From NCBI RefSeq assembly GCF_001194135.2, contig NC_068982.1, positions 113,427,690 through 113,491,689 on the forward strand: a stretch of 64,000 nt of DNA, written 5' to 3'. The stretch comes from Octopus bimaculoides (Eukaryota). Under the pieces are notes generated by a model that saw only the letters and a program-made list of their open reading frames with translations, did no database searches and had not been told where the DNA came from. Below are positions 1 to 11,999 of the stretch, in pieces (the stretch's first letter is position 1; each line of letters begins with the position of its first letter). The position numbers and the translations under genes were made by a program.

Positions 1-138
1 ATATACACATGTGTGTGTATACTTGCGTGAATGTGTGTGCGTATGTGTGTGTATGTGTACATACATATACATACATATATACAAATATAAAAAGCATATA
101 TATCTATGTGTGTATATTCACACAAGCATATATATGTA

Positions 139-173
<35 letters not shown>

Positions 174-615
174 NNNNNNNNNNNNNNNNNNNNNNNNNNN
201 NNNNNNNNNNNNNNNNNNNNNNNNNNNNNNNNNNNNNNNNNNNNNNNNNNNNNNNNNNNNNNNNNNNNNNNNNNNNNNNNNNNNNNNNNNNNNNNNNNNN
301 NNNNNNNNNNNNNNNNNNNNNNNNNNNNNNNNNNNNNNNNNNNNNNNNNNNNNNNNNNNNNNNNNNNNNNNNNNNNNNNNNNNNNNNNNNNNNNNNNNNN
401 NNNNNNNNNNNNNNNNNNNNNNNNNNNNNNNNNNNNNNNNNNNNNNNNNNNNNNNACATAAACACTATTCCACGATTTTGTGACAGCTTTTTGAATCTTT
501 CATGCATTTTCTATTAAATCATAAAATTATCATTAATAGTTTTCTAGAATTTTATTGCTAATATCTGTCCAGATTTTGGACAGCTAAACTCCAACAGTTT
601 GAGTTTAGCAGTTAC

Positions 616-678
616 CTTTCACGCCAATAATTTGAAATCTCTTCATTTTAAAATGAAAACACAGATTTTCATGAGCTC
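616..678 (-). CDS. Weak candidate phase 1-1 exon (AHENLCFHFKMKRFQIIGVK)
   Basis: Donor AAG|gtaact, acceptor ctag| with a poor pyrimidine tract. Only the phase-1 frame is open. Confidence 0.2.
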
Positions 679-923
679 CTAGAATTTACTTATCTTCATT
701 ATATATTTTTTACTTTGAATTATTCCAAATTTCTTAATTTTTTATTTATTTTCGTTCGTGAAATTTCTCAATACAGTTTCTTACTGCTTGAGGAAGACCA
801 CTATTTTGAAAACCACTTTTACCGCTAATTCGGTTATTCACGTATGCTATGGAACAATGGCCACGCTTGTTTATTCAATGATTTCTTAATTTATAACATT
901 CTTCTTGCATTATTTATAATTCT

Positions 924-1133
924 AAGGCGGCGAACTGGCAGAAACGTTAGCACGCCAGGCGAAATGCTTAGCGGTATTTCGTCTGTCTTTACGCTCTGGG
1001 TTCAAATTCCGCCGAGGTCGACTTCGCCTTTCGGGGTCGTTAAATTAAGTACTTGTTGGGTATTGGGGTCGATCTAATCGACTGTCCCCCTCCCCAAAAT
1101 TGTCTAGGCCTTGTGCCAAGAGTAGAAAAGATT
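924..1133 (+). mobile_element. tRNA-derived SINE, family A (full length)
   Basis: Head aaggcggcgaactggcagaaacgttagcacg, B-box-like GGTTCAAATTCC, tail gtagaaaagatt. More than 10 homologues in this window. Confidence 0.85.
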
Positions 1134-1146
1134 AGTTATAATTCTG

Positions 1147-1450
1147 AAAGCGACGGGCTAGCACAATCATTACCACGCCAGACAAAATGCTTTGCAGCAT
1201 GTATTCCGGTTCTTAACATTCTAAGTTCAAGTGCTGCTGAGATCGATTTTGCCTTCATCCTTTTAGGATTGAGCACTGAGGTCGATGTAATCGGCCTGAC
1301 CCATAAAACTTTGAGGCCTTGTGCCTATACTGGAAATCAGTATTAAAAGGCGACGAGCTGACAGTCGTTAGCAGTTCGAACAAAATGCATTTCTTCCGTC
1401 TCATTACGTTGCGAGTTCAAATACCACCGAGTGGGATCTAGTCTTTCTCA
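1147..1450 (+). mobile_element. Two further decayed family-A SINEs in tandem (about 1147-1344, and 1346-1450 partial)
   Basis: Collinear similarity to the 924-1133 copy. Confidence 0.7.
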
Positions 1451-1593
1451 TTCACAAAATGATCCCCCCTTAATTTTGCTCACATCGCTTTCAATTTTGG
1501 TGTATCGATGCAACTCTGAATTTTGATCACGATCTCGTAAATTAAAGAATCTGATGTTATTTGGCATTAAAGTTAGGAAATTTGGGCAATTTT

Positions 1594-1641
1594 AGCCAAT
1601 CAAAAGACAGCGTGGCATTAGCAGCTTGTTACCATGACAAC
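1594..1641. promoter_or_regulatory. CCAAT box plus RFX X-box-like motif
   Basis: AGCCAATCA 1594-1602 and GTTACCATGACAAC 1628-1641 (consensus GTTRCCATGGYAAC). Confidence 0.3.
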
Positions 1642-2241
1642 CACACGCTGCACTGGGGTTCACTGTTGTCTGTTCTGCTATTGTCTGTATTGATTTTTCA
1701 CACTTAATTCTTCACACCACGGACAAATTCTTTTCAGCCGCATGTTTTGTTTTAATTTTTCTGTGTTAATATATTACATATTTTTCTGTGTTTTTTTTTT
1801 CTGTGTGTTAGTATTTTAAATATTAAGTTGGCCCCCGACTTGGTTGGCTATCTACACCTGTTTATATCCAGCACAAACTTGTACGAAGTACAGACGTCTG
1901 CGTGTTGTTTAATAAACATCTCAAGAAAAGCAGCTTTCTTATATTCAATAAGCTTGTGACACCCTGGTGGTACATATCATTGTGGCAAACGTAAAACCGC
2001 CCATAATTGTATTGTTATATATATTAATTACCAGAGTGACCCACGACTTCACTGGTTATCCACGCCGGTTATATCGAGCATAAATTTACACGAAGTATAG
2101 GTGGGTGGGTGCATGTGTGTTGTTTTATATAATTTCGGGGTACATTAATACATTTCTTCATTTGGTAGATTTTGTGGTACCCTGGAGGTACTTATAACTG
2201 TATTGTTACATATATTAAATACCAAAGTTGCTCTCGATTTG

Positions 2242-2272
2242 GTGTGTGTGTGTGTGTGTGTGTGTGCGTGTG

Positions 2273-2326
<54 letters not shown>
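2242..2326 (+). repeat. (GT)n microsatellite
   Basis: Direct reading. Confidence 0.95.
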
Positions 2327-2758
2327 NNNNNNNNNNCAAATTAAGGTGATTTCTCTCAACATTAATTAGTGTAAACATAATCAGTAATTCAGCATTAATA
2401 AAAAGTGCGTTGCTAATTAAGAACATTTCACAAAATCATATAAGATACAGGTATTCTTTTTCTTCGGACAAATTCTTTGTTGACCAGTGTTATTCTTATC
2501 GTAGTTTACAAATCCAAGCATGAAAACTTTACTCAACTTCGAGGTTTTTGAAACAGAGGTCCCCTCCTCCCACTTTTTCACACACAGTTTTTCTGGCTCA
2601 ATGAAATAAAGTACTAGTCATGTACTTTGATCGACTAGTCCCTCAGCACAAAATTTCAGTCCTCGAGTCTATAGTAGAAATAATTATTTATACTTCTGCT
2701 TGTGTTCCTGTTGGCATAACAATGTTTACTAAATGTTTGTTATTTACTCATCGTTTAC

Positions 2759-2922
2759 CTTAAATGCTACTGGATGTTTATTTTGTAGTTTCTTTTGTTT
2801 TATTTTTCTGTTTTATGCATTTGGAATTATTCTTCGTGCTGGGTGCTGGAAAAAATTGTTCCCTACTTGGTTTTCACAATTCCTCCAAAAGCCGTGTGTG
2901 TTCCATTTGAACGATAGTATAT
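2759..2922 (-). CDS. Candidate third exon of the type II membrane protein gene (reading frame unresolved)
   Basis: Strong acceptor ttcttttctcttgtactag| and donor AAG|gtaaac. The phase-1 frame gives DILSFKWNTHGFWRNCENQVGNNFFQHPARRIIPNA* (TAA 2813-2815). The phase-0 frame gives IYYRSNGTHTAFGGIVKTK*. Confidence 0.4.
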
Positions 2923-3229
2923 CTAGTACAAGAGAAAAGAATTGATTGCAATTGTTTCAATATTAGTTAATATGAAGTAGTTGTATAGTTGTATAGCATA
3001 ATTCATTTAATTATAAACAATATATCCAAATAATTGTATATTGAACGTCACACTGGATTTATTTAATTAAGAAATCGAGCAAATCTTTCATCCGTTTTTA
3101 GCTTCAAGAATTTATGCTTTTGGTACTTGTTAGAATGTATATTTCTGCTAGAGTATTCCTTATCAAAGCGATGTGTGTGTGTGTGTGTCCTTTTTTCACC
3201 CAAATTGTGTTTGTGAATTTTATTATTTT

Positions 3230-4400
3230 CTAGTTGACTTTTACCCTTTGTCAGTCAGTCCCAATAATTTGTCTAAGCTGTTTAGTTCAGTTCTTTATCT
3301 CTTGCTATCTCTTCGACTCCCTTGTGTAAAGGAATTTATTACCCCCCTCCCATTTTCTTTTCTCCTCGATCTAGCGTCCTTTTCCCTTCCACTTAATGTC
3401 ATCTATAAACTCACTCACCTTATTTTCTTTTTAGGTCGAGCTATCCTCTAAATAATACTTTCATTGGTCATTTGATTTTAATATTGTTTTTTTCATTTTC
3501 TTCTTTCAACTTGCCATTCGTGCTGCGGATAGTTTGATAACTCATTCGTTCATCTCCAATATAATCAATATAGATGCAATAGGGCTTGAAGATTAGCTAA
3601 GGTGTTTTTGTGTTATAGCTTATGTAACAAGCCATGAAACGCTCGTTGTCCGTGTTTTAATATTCCCATTCCTTTATTTTGGGCTTTATATAAAACTTTG
3701 TACGGGAAATAACGAAACTACTCGTGATTCTGCTTTTGTGTTTTAGATGTTTCGTTCCAGGTTAATCCTGTTCAAGCAAGCCCTTGATCAAAGGTATTCC
3801 AGCTGTCATGATCCAGTATTCGTTTGAGCTTAGAGGACTATATTGTCTAAATGAAAAAAAAAAACAGTAAGGTGTGGTTTACGAATGATTTGGTTACTAC
3901 TTCTAGCAACTCGTGCGACAGTTTAGAAGCTGCTTCATTGGCTCGAAATAAAAAGATTAATTACCTTTGGTCATTCAGTACGCATTTTCTTCTAATGATT
4001 TTGCTATTCCGAAATAATTGTAGCTTCATTTTGAATATCGAGTATCTAGGTTTTGATTGCTTTTCTGTTTTCAGTGTCCATCTTTTTAAACTAATAACAA
4101 ATATGTTGCCTCATTAGTCCTAGATACTTGCTTCTTTTTCTTTGTAATTTCAGCAAGTTGCGTTGCTCCAATCAAATAACGTTCAATGAGTAACTCGTCT
4201 ACTGAAGCCTCTTTCGACGAGATATTTTTGCTAGTATGGTTATGAAAGCATTTAATCGCTAATTCATAGCTCATGAATGTTGACGGAAATCAACTTGTCA
4301 CTTAAGTGTCAATCCAGCAGAGTTCTTTAAAATCCTTCTTAGCCTCATTAGCTTTCATTCAATTTGTCTCCATATGTTCAGTTATGTTGTATTTAATGTA
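3230..4400 (-). mobile_element. Highly decayed RTE-clade LINE 3' end
   Basis: Frame-broken motifs LLKLQRKRSKYLGLMR (cf. KRKLxYFGHxMR) and VEGKRT (cf. EGKRxRGR). Confidence 0.4.
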
Positions 4401-4642
4401 TTCCTAAACGGGTAGTTCATTAATACGTTTATGAATGAATGTGCGTATGCATGCTTGTTAGTTTCTGTATGTTTCCTCTGAGACCCTTAATTTCATTTTT
4501 CAAGTGGAGATCAAATTTCACTTGCTGATAGAGGTTACTTATGATTGACAAATCTATCAAAATATCTCGCTTTTCAGAAAATATAATAATTGTATTCCAG
4601 CCTGGCTATGTAATGGCTGGAACTAAAAAGCATCAGTGTTAC

Positions 4643-4865
4643 CGTTAGCGGGGAAACTGTCAGTTGTAGCAGCTACATTATCATCGATTGCAGAAACCTC
4701 TCTTGCAAGTCTGCCACTTTTTATTGAACTTTGATTGTGGTTGATCCACCAGCTGCCAACTAACTTGTCGAATCTGTAATCAATAAAAGCGTGTTTGACA
4801 GGAAAGTTGGTCCATAGTCTAAAGTTGCCAGTCTCGACAGTTCCCTGTTTGTTATCAACTTCATT
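4643..4865 (-). CDS. Second coding exon of the same gene: ectodomain stalk (NEVDNKQGTVETGNFRLWTNFPVKHAFIDYRFDKLVGSWWINHNQSSIKSGRLAREVSAIDDNVAATTDSFPAN)
   Basis: Only one frame is open across the exon. It follows a T-rich acceptor tract (ttttttttatttaagcaaag|AAT). The second AG gives phase 0, matching the upstream donor (an alternative AG at 4871-4872 gives phase 1). Phase-1 donor AACG|gtaaca at 4643/4642; read-through hits a stop within 6 codons. Confidence 0.7.
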
Positions 4866-5484
4866 CTTTGCTTAAATAAAAAAAAAAGGAAGTGAATAAA
4901 CAGAAGATTAATGTCAATCTTACTCATGGCATTTTACGGTTAAGAGAAAAGCAACAGTAACCTGGTTAGATACTCCATTATTCTGTTACTTTACGAGGAG
5001 TGTTTTGATGAGAAAATCACTGCACTTCAGTGCAGTATTCCTGAATAATTTTCCAGATTTTCTTGACTTTGCTTTCCTTTTTATTTCTACTATTCTTTTC
5101 AGGTTTACCATTCCAACGGAAATGGGTTAATATGTTTTGATAAATTACAGTATTTTACTTTCTACAGACATTTTTTATTTTAAATATGGGAAAATAAAAA
5201 CTTCATCAGTGTCAAGTTTGTATGAGATACAACGTTAAGTGAACAGTGACAAAGAAACGTTGCCAACTAGAAATAGTATTTTTTTAAAAATTAATCAATT
5301 TCTAGTGGGGATTATTTCCTGCCTGTTTTATTATATAATTTACACAGTGGAATGAAGAAAGAAGGATGTAAAGGTAAAAATATTATTACAGTATTATTTT
5401 TGTAGGTACTGAGACCTTTAAGAGTTTTAGCCAATCATACCTAAACCCTGCACTTGCATAAGCGTAGTACTTGTTTTACAGATT

Positions 5485-5532
<48 letters not shown>

Positions 5533-5628
5533 CACACACATACATACATACATACATACATACATACATGGGAACGTGAAACTCAGAGTAACGGTTTTTT
5601 TGTTATATTTCTGCTGCTTTTAAATAAA

Positions 5629-5669
<41 letters not shown>

Positions 5670-5744
5670 AGAGAAAGAGAGAACTCCCTAGAATTTCTGT
5701 TTACCAACTTCCTCATTGACAGTAAGCTGAAAATAGAACAGAAG

Positions 5745-6250
5745 ACACCTATTGAGGATACTGCACAATGGAAGTGACTCCTGGACAGTGTCTGGAAATC
5801 GAACTTTTTGATCACATGGGTATGCTTGCACCTACCAGACTCTACCAGATCGTCGATAAATCAAAAGGTGACATTAACGAGGACAGTAACTGTAAAATAC
5901 AAAGTGAACGATACGATGCAACACCTACCTTACAACAAGACCATAAGTGCCACCGACCTTTCGGTGTAATTATTGAAAACAAATTACGACAATATGGTGC
6001 AGTTTTTCACCAAGCTGTGTAACAGTATCTGTAGAATGGGTGAATGTGAACAATCTTCGTTGCACTTACTGTGGTTGCAGGTGCAACTGATGATTTAGAG
6101 TACAATACATTAGTCCTCGCAACCCACGTCATCAAGAACTTGCTGAGAACTCGACTGAAAAGGACGAAACAGACAAATGAAGAACAGCTCTTGGAAGATC
6201 ATATGGGGTTTCGTAAGTAGAAGGCCCAGAGAAAGTAACAGAATATTGAC
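5745..6250 (+). mobile_element. Decayed RTE-clade LINE reverse transcriptase fragment
   Basis: VTPGQ..IELFDHMG (cf. KSPGxDxIxxELLKxGG), YNTLVLATHVIKNLLR (cf. YRTISLISHASK), EEQLLEDHMGFRK (cf. EEQAGFR). Many stops. Confidence 0.6.
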
Positions 6251-6269
6251 TGTAAAATGGTCTTCGCCT

Positions 6270-8730
6270 CATTTGGGCATTTCACATTGTGGAAGGTATT
6301 ACAGATGATTGAATTCAAGAGCTCAGAAGGATTTAATATTTCGGAGTTTCTTCATAATTAAAACAGCGCGCTTATTTACCTTAAACTGCATATCAATGTC
6401 CCTGCTTCATATTGTCACTCTATGTATAAGAAAATGTAGGTCAGTTTCATTTTCCATATACCAGATTGAGATCGTTTATAAATAGGATGTGATATATTTT
6501 CCACCTGGTTTTGGCAAAATTATAGGCAGTCTTGTATTTTCTCAATCTGTATGCCAGGGTAGTTAATGTAATGGCGAAAAGTAATGCAGTGAGTCTCCTT
6601 GAAATATTCCCCAACAAATTTCCAAAGTTTATTGCTATTTCCCATCATTTCATTGCCTTTTCTAATAAAAACATGTTTAATCCTTTCATTGATCCTGAGT
6701 GTACTCAGTCACTTTAAGAGTCAAGCGTGTGGAACATTATCGTAGGCTTTCTTGTAAGTGCTTCTTTCTTATTTGCATCTCACTTAATATCATACTGTCA
6801 ATATACAGCAGATCAACAGTTTCCTTTGACTTCTTTTTGCACCTCTTTTGCTCCTCTGATTATAGTTTCTCATTCTCCTGGACGCTATATACTTCAGCTG
6901 CTATGAAGCTAGTGAATAATTTCCCGTGTAATTGTAAGCATGTTATAGGTTTATAATTAATTCTCCTCCCTTTGACTTTGTCTCTTTTTCCTTCTATATT
7001 GGCACTGTTCTTCCTTTAGTCATTCTATGATGGTGTTCCATTTTCGACACAGTATGACATGGTTGTTTATAGATGCCCATGCCTGAGAGGTTTTTTTAAG
7101 CCAAAATCCCAGAACACCATCTGCTCCAGGTGCTTTCCAACTTGATGTTTTCTTAAGTATGTTTATCATTTTCTCATCTGTAATATTTGTATTCGCTTCT
7201 TTTATCTATTTATGGTTTACTTGTAACTTTCTGCAGCCAGTCTGCTTCCCTGTTGAACCTTTTTCCAAATATCTAACCAAAAGTTTTTTGCTGCTTCAAC
7301 ACTAGGCTCAGTATTCCCTAGGTATTCATTTTCATTGTTTAGCTGTTGATAAGATTCTATTTTATTTTTTTTTTAAGAGTTTGTTTTGATCTTTAGTTAA
7401 TGCTTTGTTGGTATCTAATTTTATATTTTTTTTTCATCACCTTAATTTGTGTCAATTCCATTATTAGCAACCAGTAATCCTTTGTTGCTCATGTACTTTC
7501 TTCGAAGCTCATTTCTGCGTCTTTCTTTCATCATTTTTTTATTACATCTGTCGTTCCAAAATCTCTATTAAGTTGTTCAACTTTATTTCCACGTCCTTCA
7601 TTTCCACCATGGGCACTGTTTTTCTAGAGCAACATATGCTGCACAGTATATGACGTCGTTTAGGTTTGTTATATTTTCAGTATAGATTTTCGTTAATGAT
7701 TTATCCAACTTTTTTAGGTTGTTTTTCTCTTTCGATTCCTCTCAAACTATTAGTAACTCTCTTTCACTAGTTTGAGTCTCATTTAGTTGTTATATGCTGT
7801 AAACTTATTTTCTTCATTTTAACATTCTTTCCTTTCAAGAAGTAAAATTTGTTATCATCCTGGCTATTATTGATCTCTAGTTGATTTATTGGAGTCAGTT
7901 ACTTCTGGGTAGGTTTCCTTTTTTTTCCCCTCTATTTTTTCACTTTTTCGGAAAACTTTTCTATTGTTTTTGAAGATTAAATTTTTCTGATCTAGTCTTT
8001 GTTCTGTGACAGGGAACGTGTCTTGCTCTCTCCATATTTTATACATCCTTTTCCAATATCCTATTTTGGCAAACTCACTACGATAGTAGCATTACGTCAC
8101 AGCCCTATTATCTTCTTCCCTTCGCGGTAGACCTAGCTTTGAAAGGGCAGCCTCTGTCGGTTTTGGTCTCGGAGTACACATTATCCTTATTACTATTATC
8201 ACAAGTCTGTAGTTAGGATAATAACAGTGGCGTTATCGGCAGCAATACTAATAAAGAAATATTATTTGGATGGCCATTGACTTTATTGGGTTTATCCGCT
8301 GTTTGCCGTATCTTGTTTTTCGTCATGCAGAATGTCCAACTTGAAAGTCACCCCTTCGTCATGGAGCATTTTTTGTCTGGTTGCCGTTTTAGTCACCGAT
8401 GTCCCGACATTTATGGACGCTTATCAAATATTCTCAATCAAAACGTTATGATTTCAGACCTTCTACCATGCTTTCTGGCCACCATTCCGGAAGCGGTGAG
8501 GTAAAAAATAAATTGAAAAAAAAAAGATAGAAAAAATTGAGAAAGGAGGTAAAGGCTTTCACACTTCAACCTGAGAGACTGTGACAATGATATAATAGAC
8601 TGGTAAACAGTTGGGTTGGGTGTCCGCGTCGGTACTGGGGAAAAGTAGTGAACTGTAGTTGGAGGGGAAGAATCTATTGAATCCAAGACCTACCACCAGT
8701 GATTACTCGAAGAATTCATTACGAAGAATT
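6270..8730 (-). mobile_element. R4/Dong-like RLE non-LTR retrotransposon: 5'UTR, N-terminus and RT; 3'-truncated and decayed
   Basis: CYYRSEFAKIGYWKRMYKIWREQDTFPVTEQRLDQ N-terminal motif (about 8090-7990) and LKKTSSWKAPGADGVLGFWLK (about 7160-7095). GC-richer 5'UTR 8270-8730. Confidence 0.8.
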
Positions 8731-8755
8731 TGATAATTAAAGAAGAAAAGGAATC

Positions 8756-8797
<42 letters not shown>

Positions 8798-8844
8798 AAT
8801 AGTGAGAGAGTGTGGATTGTCATGCTTATTTCTTCAAATGAAAA

Positions 8845-9027
<183 letters not shown>

Positions 9028-9028
9028 T

Positions 9029-9143
9029 AAAGCAGTGAGCTGGTAGAATCGTTAGCACGCCGAGCGAAATGCTTAGCGATATTTAGTCTGCTATTACGTT
9101 AGAGTTCAAATTCTACCGAGGTCGACTTTGCCTTTCATCCTTC
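9029..9143 (+). mobile_element. Family-A SINE, 5' half
   Basis: Head begins directly after an (ATT)n tract. B-box GAGTTCAAATTC. Confidence 0.75.
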
Positions 9144-9505
9144 CATTAGAAAGTATTATTATGATATAATAATAGATAGTGTACGTATGTGGCTAGATAG
9201 GTCATTGTTTATGTGCATATTTCTCTGTATGTTTTATTTTTGCCGTAAAAGAATATATATTTATTTAGCCTACAGACTAAACTCAAAAACTTTCTTTCAA
9301 ATTTAACCATAAAATTTCATTGGCGTCGCTTTTGCAGTTGTTAAAGATACAAGCCTTCCATGCCAATGTCCTCTCTTAAAATATTACTGATTGCCTAAAC
9401 AAATAAATCAATTCCTTGTTTTGTAATTTAATCTTTTTGGTTTTATCTTCTCAGTTCTTTTTCTTTTTTTTATTTCACACACATTCTTATATACACACAT
9501 ACATG

Positions 9506-9581
<76 letters not shown>

Positions 9582-11061
9582 ACAGAAAGCAACTGAATAT
9601 AGAATCTTAATTTTGAAAACTAACGAAAATATTATGACAAGGAAAATCATTTGCTTTATATTTCGACTGCAAAGCTTATGATAAAAAAAAAATCTTTCAT
9701 TTGAACAAAGACATATAAATGCTTACTTGAATCGATTTCACAGTACACAAAAATCAGAACTGATTGTAAATTTCAATACCAATAAATCATTATGTATAGA
9801 CTAAATTCAGTGATATAATCAAACGTATCGCAGAGTAGTCAAACAACTACTAAATGTGCTTGTTATCTCAATTCATATTCATGTTTACCTGAACGTACTC
9901 ATAGTACACTTATTAACACAAAATTATTCAAAACATATTTTCTCTATTTATTGATTGCATTTTCTTTCGATTCTATATGAAATTGTTATGATTTAATTTG
10001 TTTTCCTTTTTCTCTCGAGAAAAATCACATTGCAATGATTATTACAAAAGTAAAAATTATTTAAAGAACGTAATTAAACAGGTTTGGTAAAAAGAGATCG
10101 ATTTTTAAAAATATGTTTCCTAAAAATTATTCCCTGTCCTCACATTGAAGCAGATGTTCACAGATGCTAGAAGGAAAGATAGATGGTACTAACATAGATA
10201 AACGAAAAACACTGGGATAAAAATTCGTTAATTTTAATCTTTACTGAGTGAATATTTGATATTAAGCTGCAGGCAAGGTCACTTTCTCTCCAATTCTTAT
10301 GTTATTTATATTTAGATATAGTAATTGACGTCGAGTAGAGTGAAGTTTCTAAGAAGCCTAGTTCACGACCAATTTTGAGTAGCATTTGTAGTGTTTTACG
10401 TTTCATATGTCAATACTACTTTGAATAAGACGTGAATCACACAAAACCTTTCCCCAATATTTCTTATATGTTTCAGTATTGTTGTTGTTTTTTTTTATTT
10501 GGATAAAACATTTCTTGGAAAATTAATGACATAAGTGATCTCATTCGTTAATGGGTGTAGCTATGACTCTCTGACTAAAGTTTGCACCGCAACCACATGA
10601 TTTCGTGTGTGATAACGCTATGTGGCATCTTTAGCAAGTGTTTCCTGTCATAGCTTTGTGAATGAAATTTGGTTGTTGAAGATTGTTTGGAAACTCCTCA
10701 GAATTACCACTGTTTTTCGTTTTAGCTAGTAGACAATCTGTTTAAAACCTCCTCGCTCGGCCTTTGCGGATTTCATTGGGATGAAAATATTCTGCACAAA
10801 TCTCTAGTCAAATTATAACTACCTCGCTCTTCGCTTCTTCCCACCAGTTATTTGTATAAAAAATAATTCATGGCATGAGCTGAGATATTAAAATATTAAG
10901 ACTATGTGCATAACTAGATAATTTCATATTTTTCTACCCTGAGTCCAAACCATGTTAATTCGAATTTGTCAACCATCTCTTTGAGGTTGTGAGATTCAAT
11001 ACTAGTTCAATGCTAGTCATTTATAAACGTCGACAATACGAATAAATGTCAAATTTCCTAC

Positions 11062-11181
11062 CTGGAGCCGATGTAAAAAAGTCATTAAATATAAACCTAT
11101 TAATACGCCTGAATATATAATCAGAAATAAGACAACATAGCTATAAACGTAGGCATGTACTTTAAACTTAGGCACCTCCAT
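11062..11181 (-). CDS. First coding exon of a host gene: short basic N-terminus plus signal-anchor TM helix (MEVPKFKVHAYVYSYVVLFLIIYSGVLIGLYLMTFLHRLQ)
   Basis: Manual translation. ATG at 11181, in-frame upstream stop, hydrophobic run of about 22 aa, phase-0 donor CAG|gtagga at 11062/11061, strong acceptor tattttcttcatcttcag| at 11241/11240 (exon 11062-11240 including 59 nt of UTR). Confidence 0.7.
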
Positions 11182-11658
11182 GTGCTTAAAACTTTGGCAT
11201 CTAAACCGATATCATTCCCAGATATAAATTAAGCATTCCACTGAAGATGAAGAAAATATATCAATTACCATCCAACATTTTTGTGTTCCAACCACAAACA
11301 ACATAACTGGCAAATCGTTATGCTTTAAATAATTTGAAATTTTGTAGGAATCGTTTAACAGTTTAGTCATTGCCTGTGGAATATTGGCTCTATAAACGCT
11401 TTTTTATACTATAACTTTTTTATTTTTTTATATAATAATATTTAACATATTATTATTTATTATTCATAGGTGGATATTTCTCTCATTGGATTTACATTTA
11501 GAAGAGGAATTATTGAACTACCTTCAAAGAGTATAAGGTAACAAATCTTTTCTTTATGCCTTCTTTGACATGAGAATTTTGAAACTTTCAAACAGCAAGG
11601 AGAACTTCAGGTGGTCATCTGAGATAATATTCACAATATATATGCTTTTGCCACTTAC

Positions 11659-11807
11659 GATGTGAAGTAGCGGTCTTGCTCTTCTCCGGGATCTTCTACA
11701 CTTGTAAGTACAATAAAGCTGATGTTTCACTTTCCGCAGGGCTCCTCTACATGACTACTTGATCTAATAGAAATAGCGCCAAAATCCCTTGAAGTCACAG
11801 TTACCAG
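11659..11807 (-). other. Candidate non-coding 5'UTR exon
   Basis: Acceptor ttttttcctgttattatctaag|, donor ATC|gtaagt, stops in all three frames, 418 nt upstream of the ATG-containing exon. Confidence 0.4.
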
Positions 11808-11999
11808 CTTAGATAATAACAGGAAAAAAATAGATAAAATAATCCTAGTTAACCTCTGACAGGACAGGATGCTGATGTTTGCAATGTATTTTATCACATG
11901 TCTGACCAGGGTTAATCAAATGTTAAGCAATACGACAGCAACGACGAATATACAGTATTCTAAAGTTCAACGGTTCTGGATAGGAATGATAGCTTATGC

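Noticed and set aside
9-517. Long ORFs spanning N-gaps or simple repeats (also 8730-9058, 27312-27863, 29493-29852, 44902-45705, 51966-52836, 63786-63989)
   Set aside because: Artefacts of Ns and microsatellites (poly-X, poly-I/L/N/S, HT and VC repeats).
4086-4274. ORF MSYELAIKCFHNH... as a middle exon of the membrane-protein gene
   Set aside because: Weak acceptor, and neighbouring frames match an RTE LINE 3' end.
11659-11807. Recoding of the two TAG codons by A-to-I editing, or of TGA to Sec, to make this exon coding
   Set aside because: No supporting structure, SECIS or homology; a UTR exon is the simpler reading.
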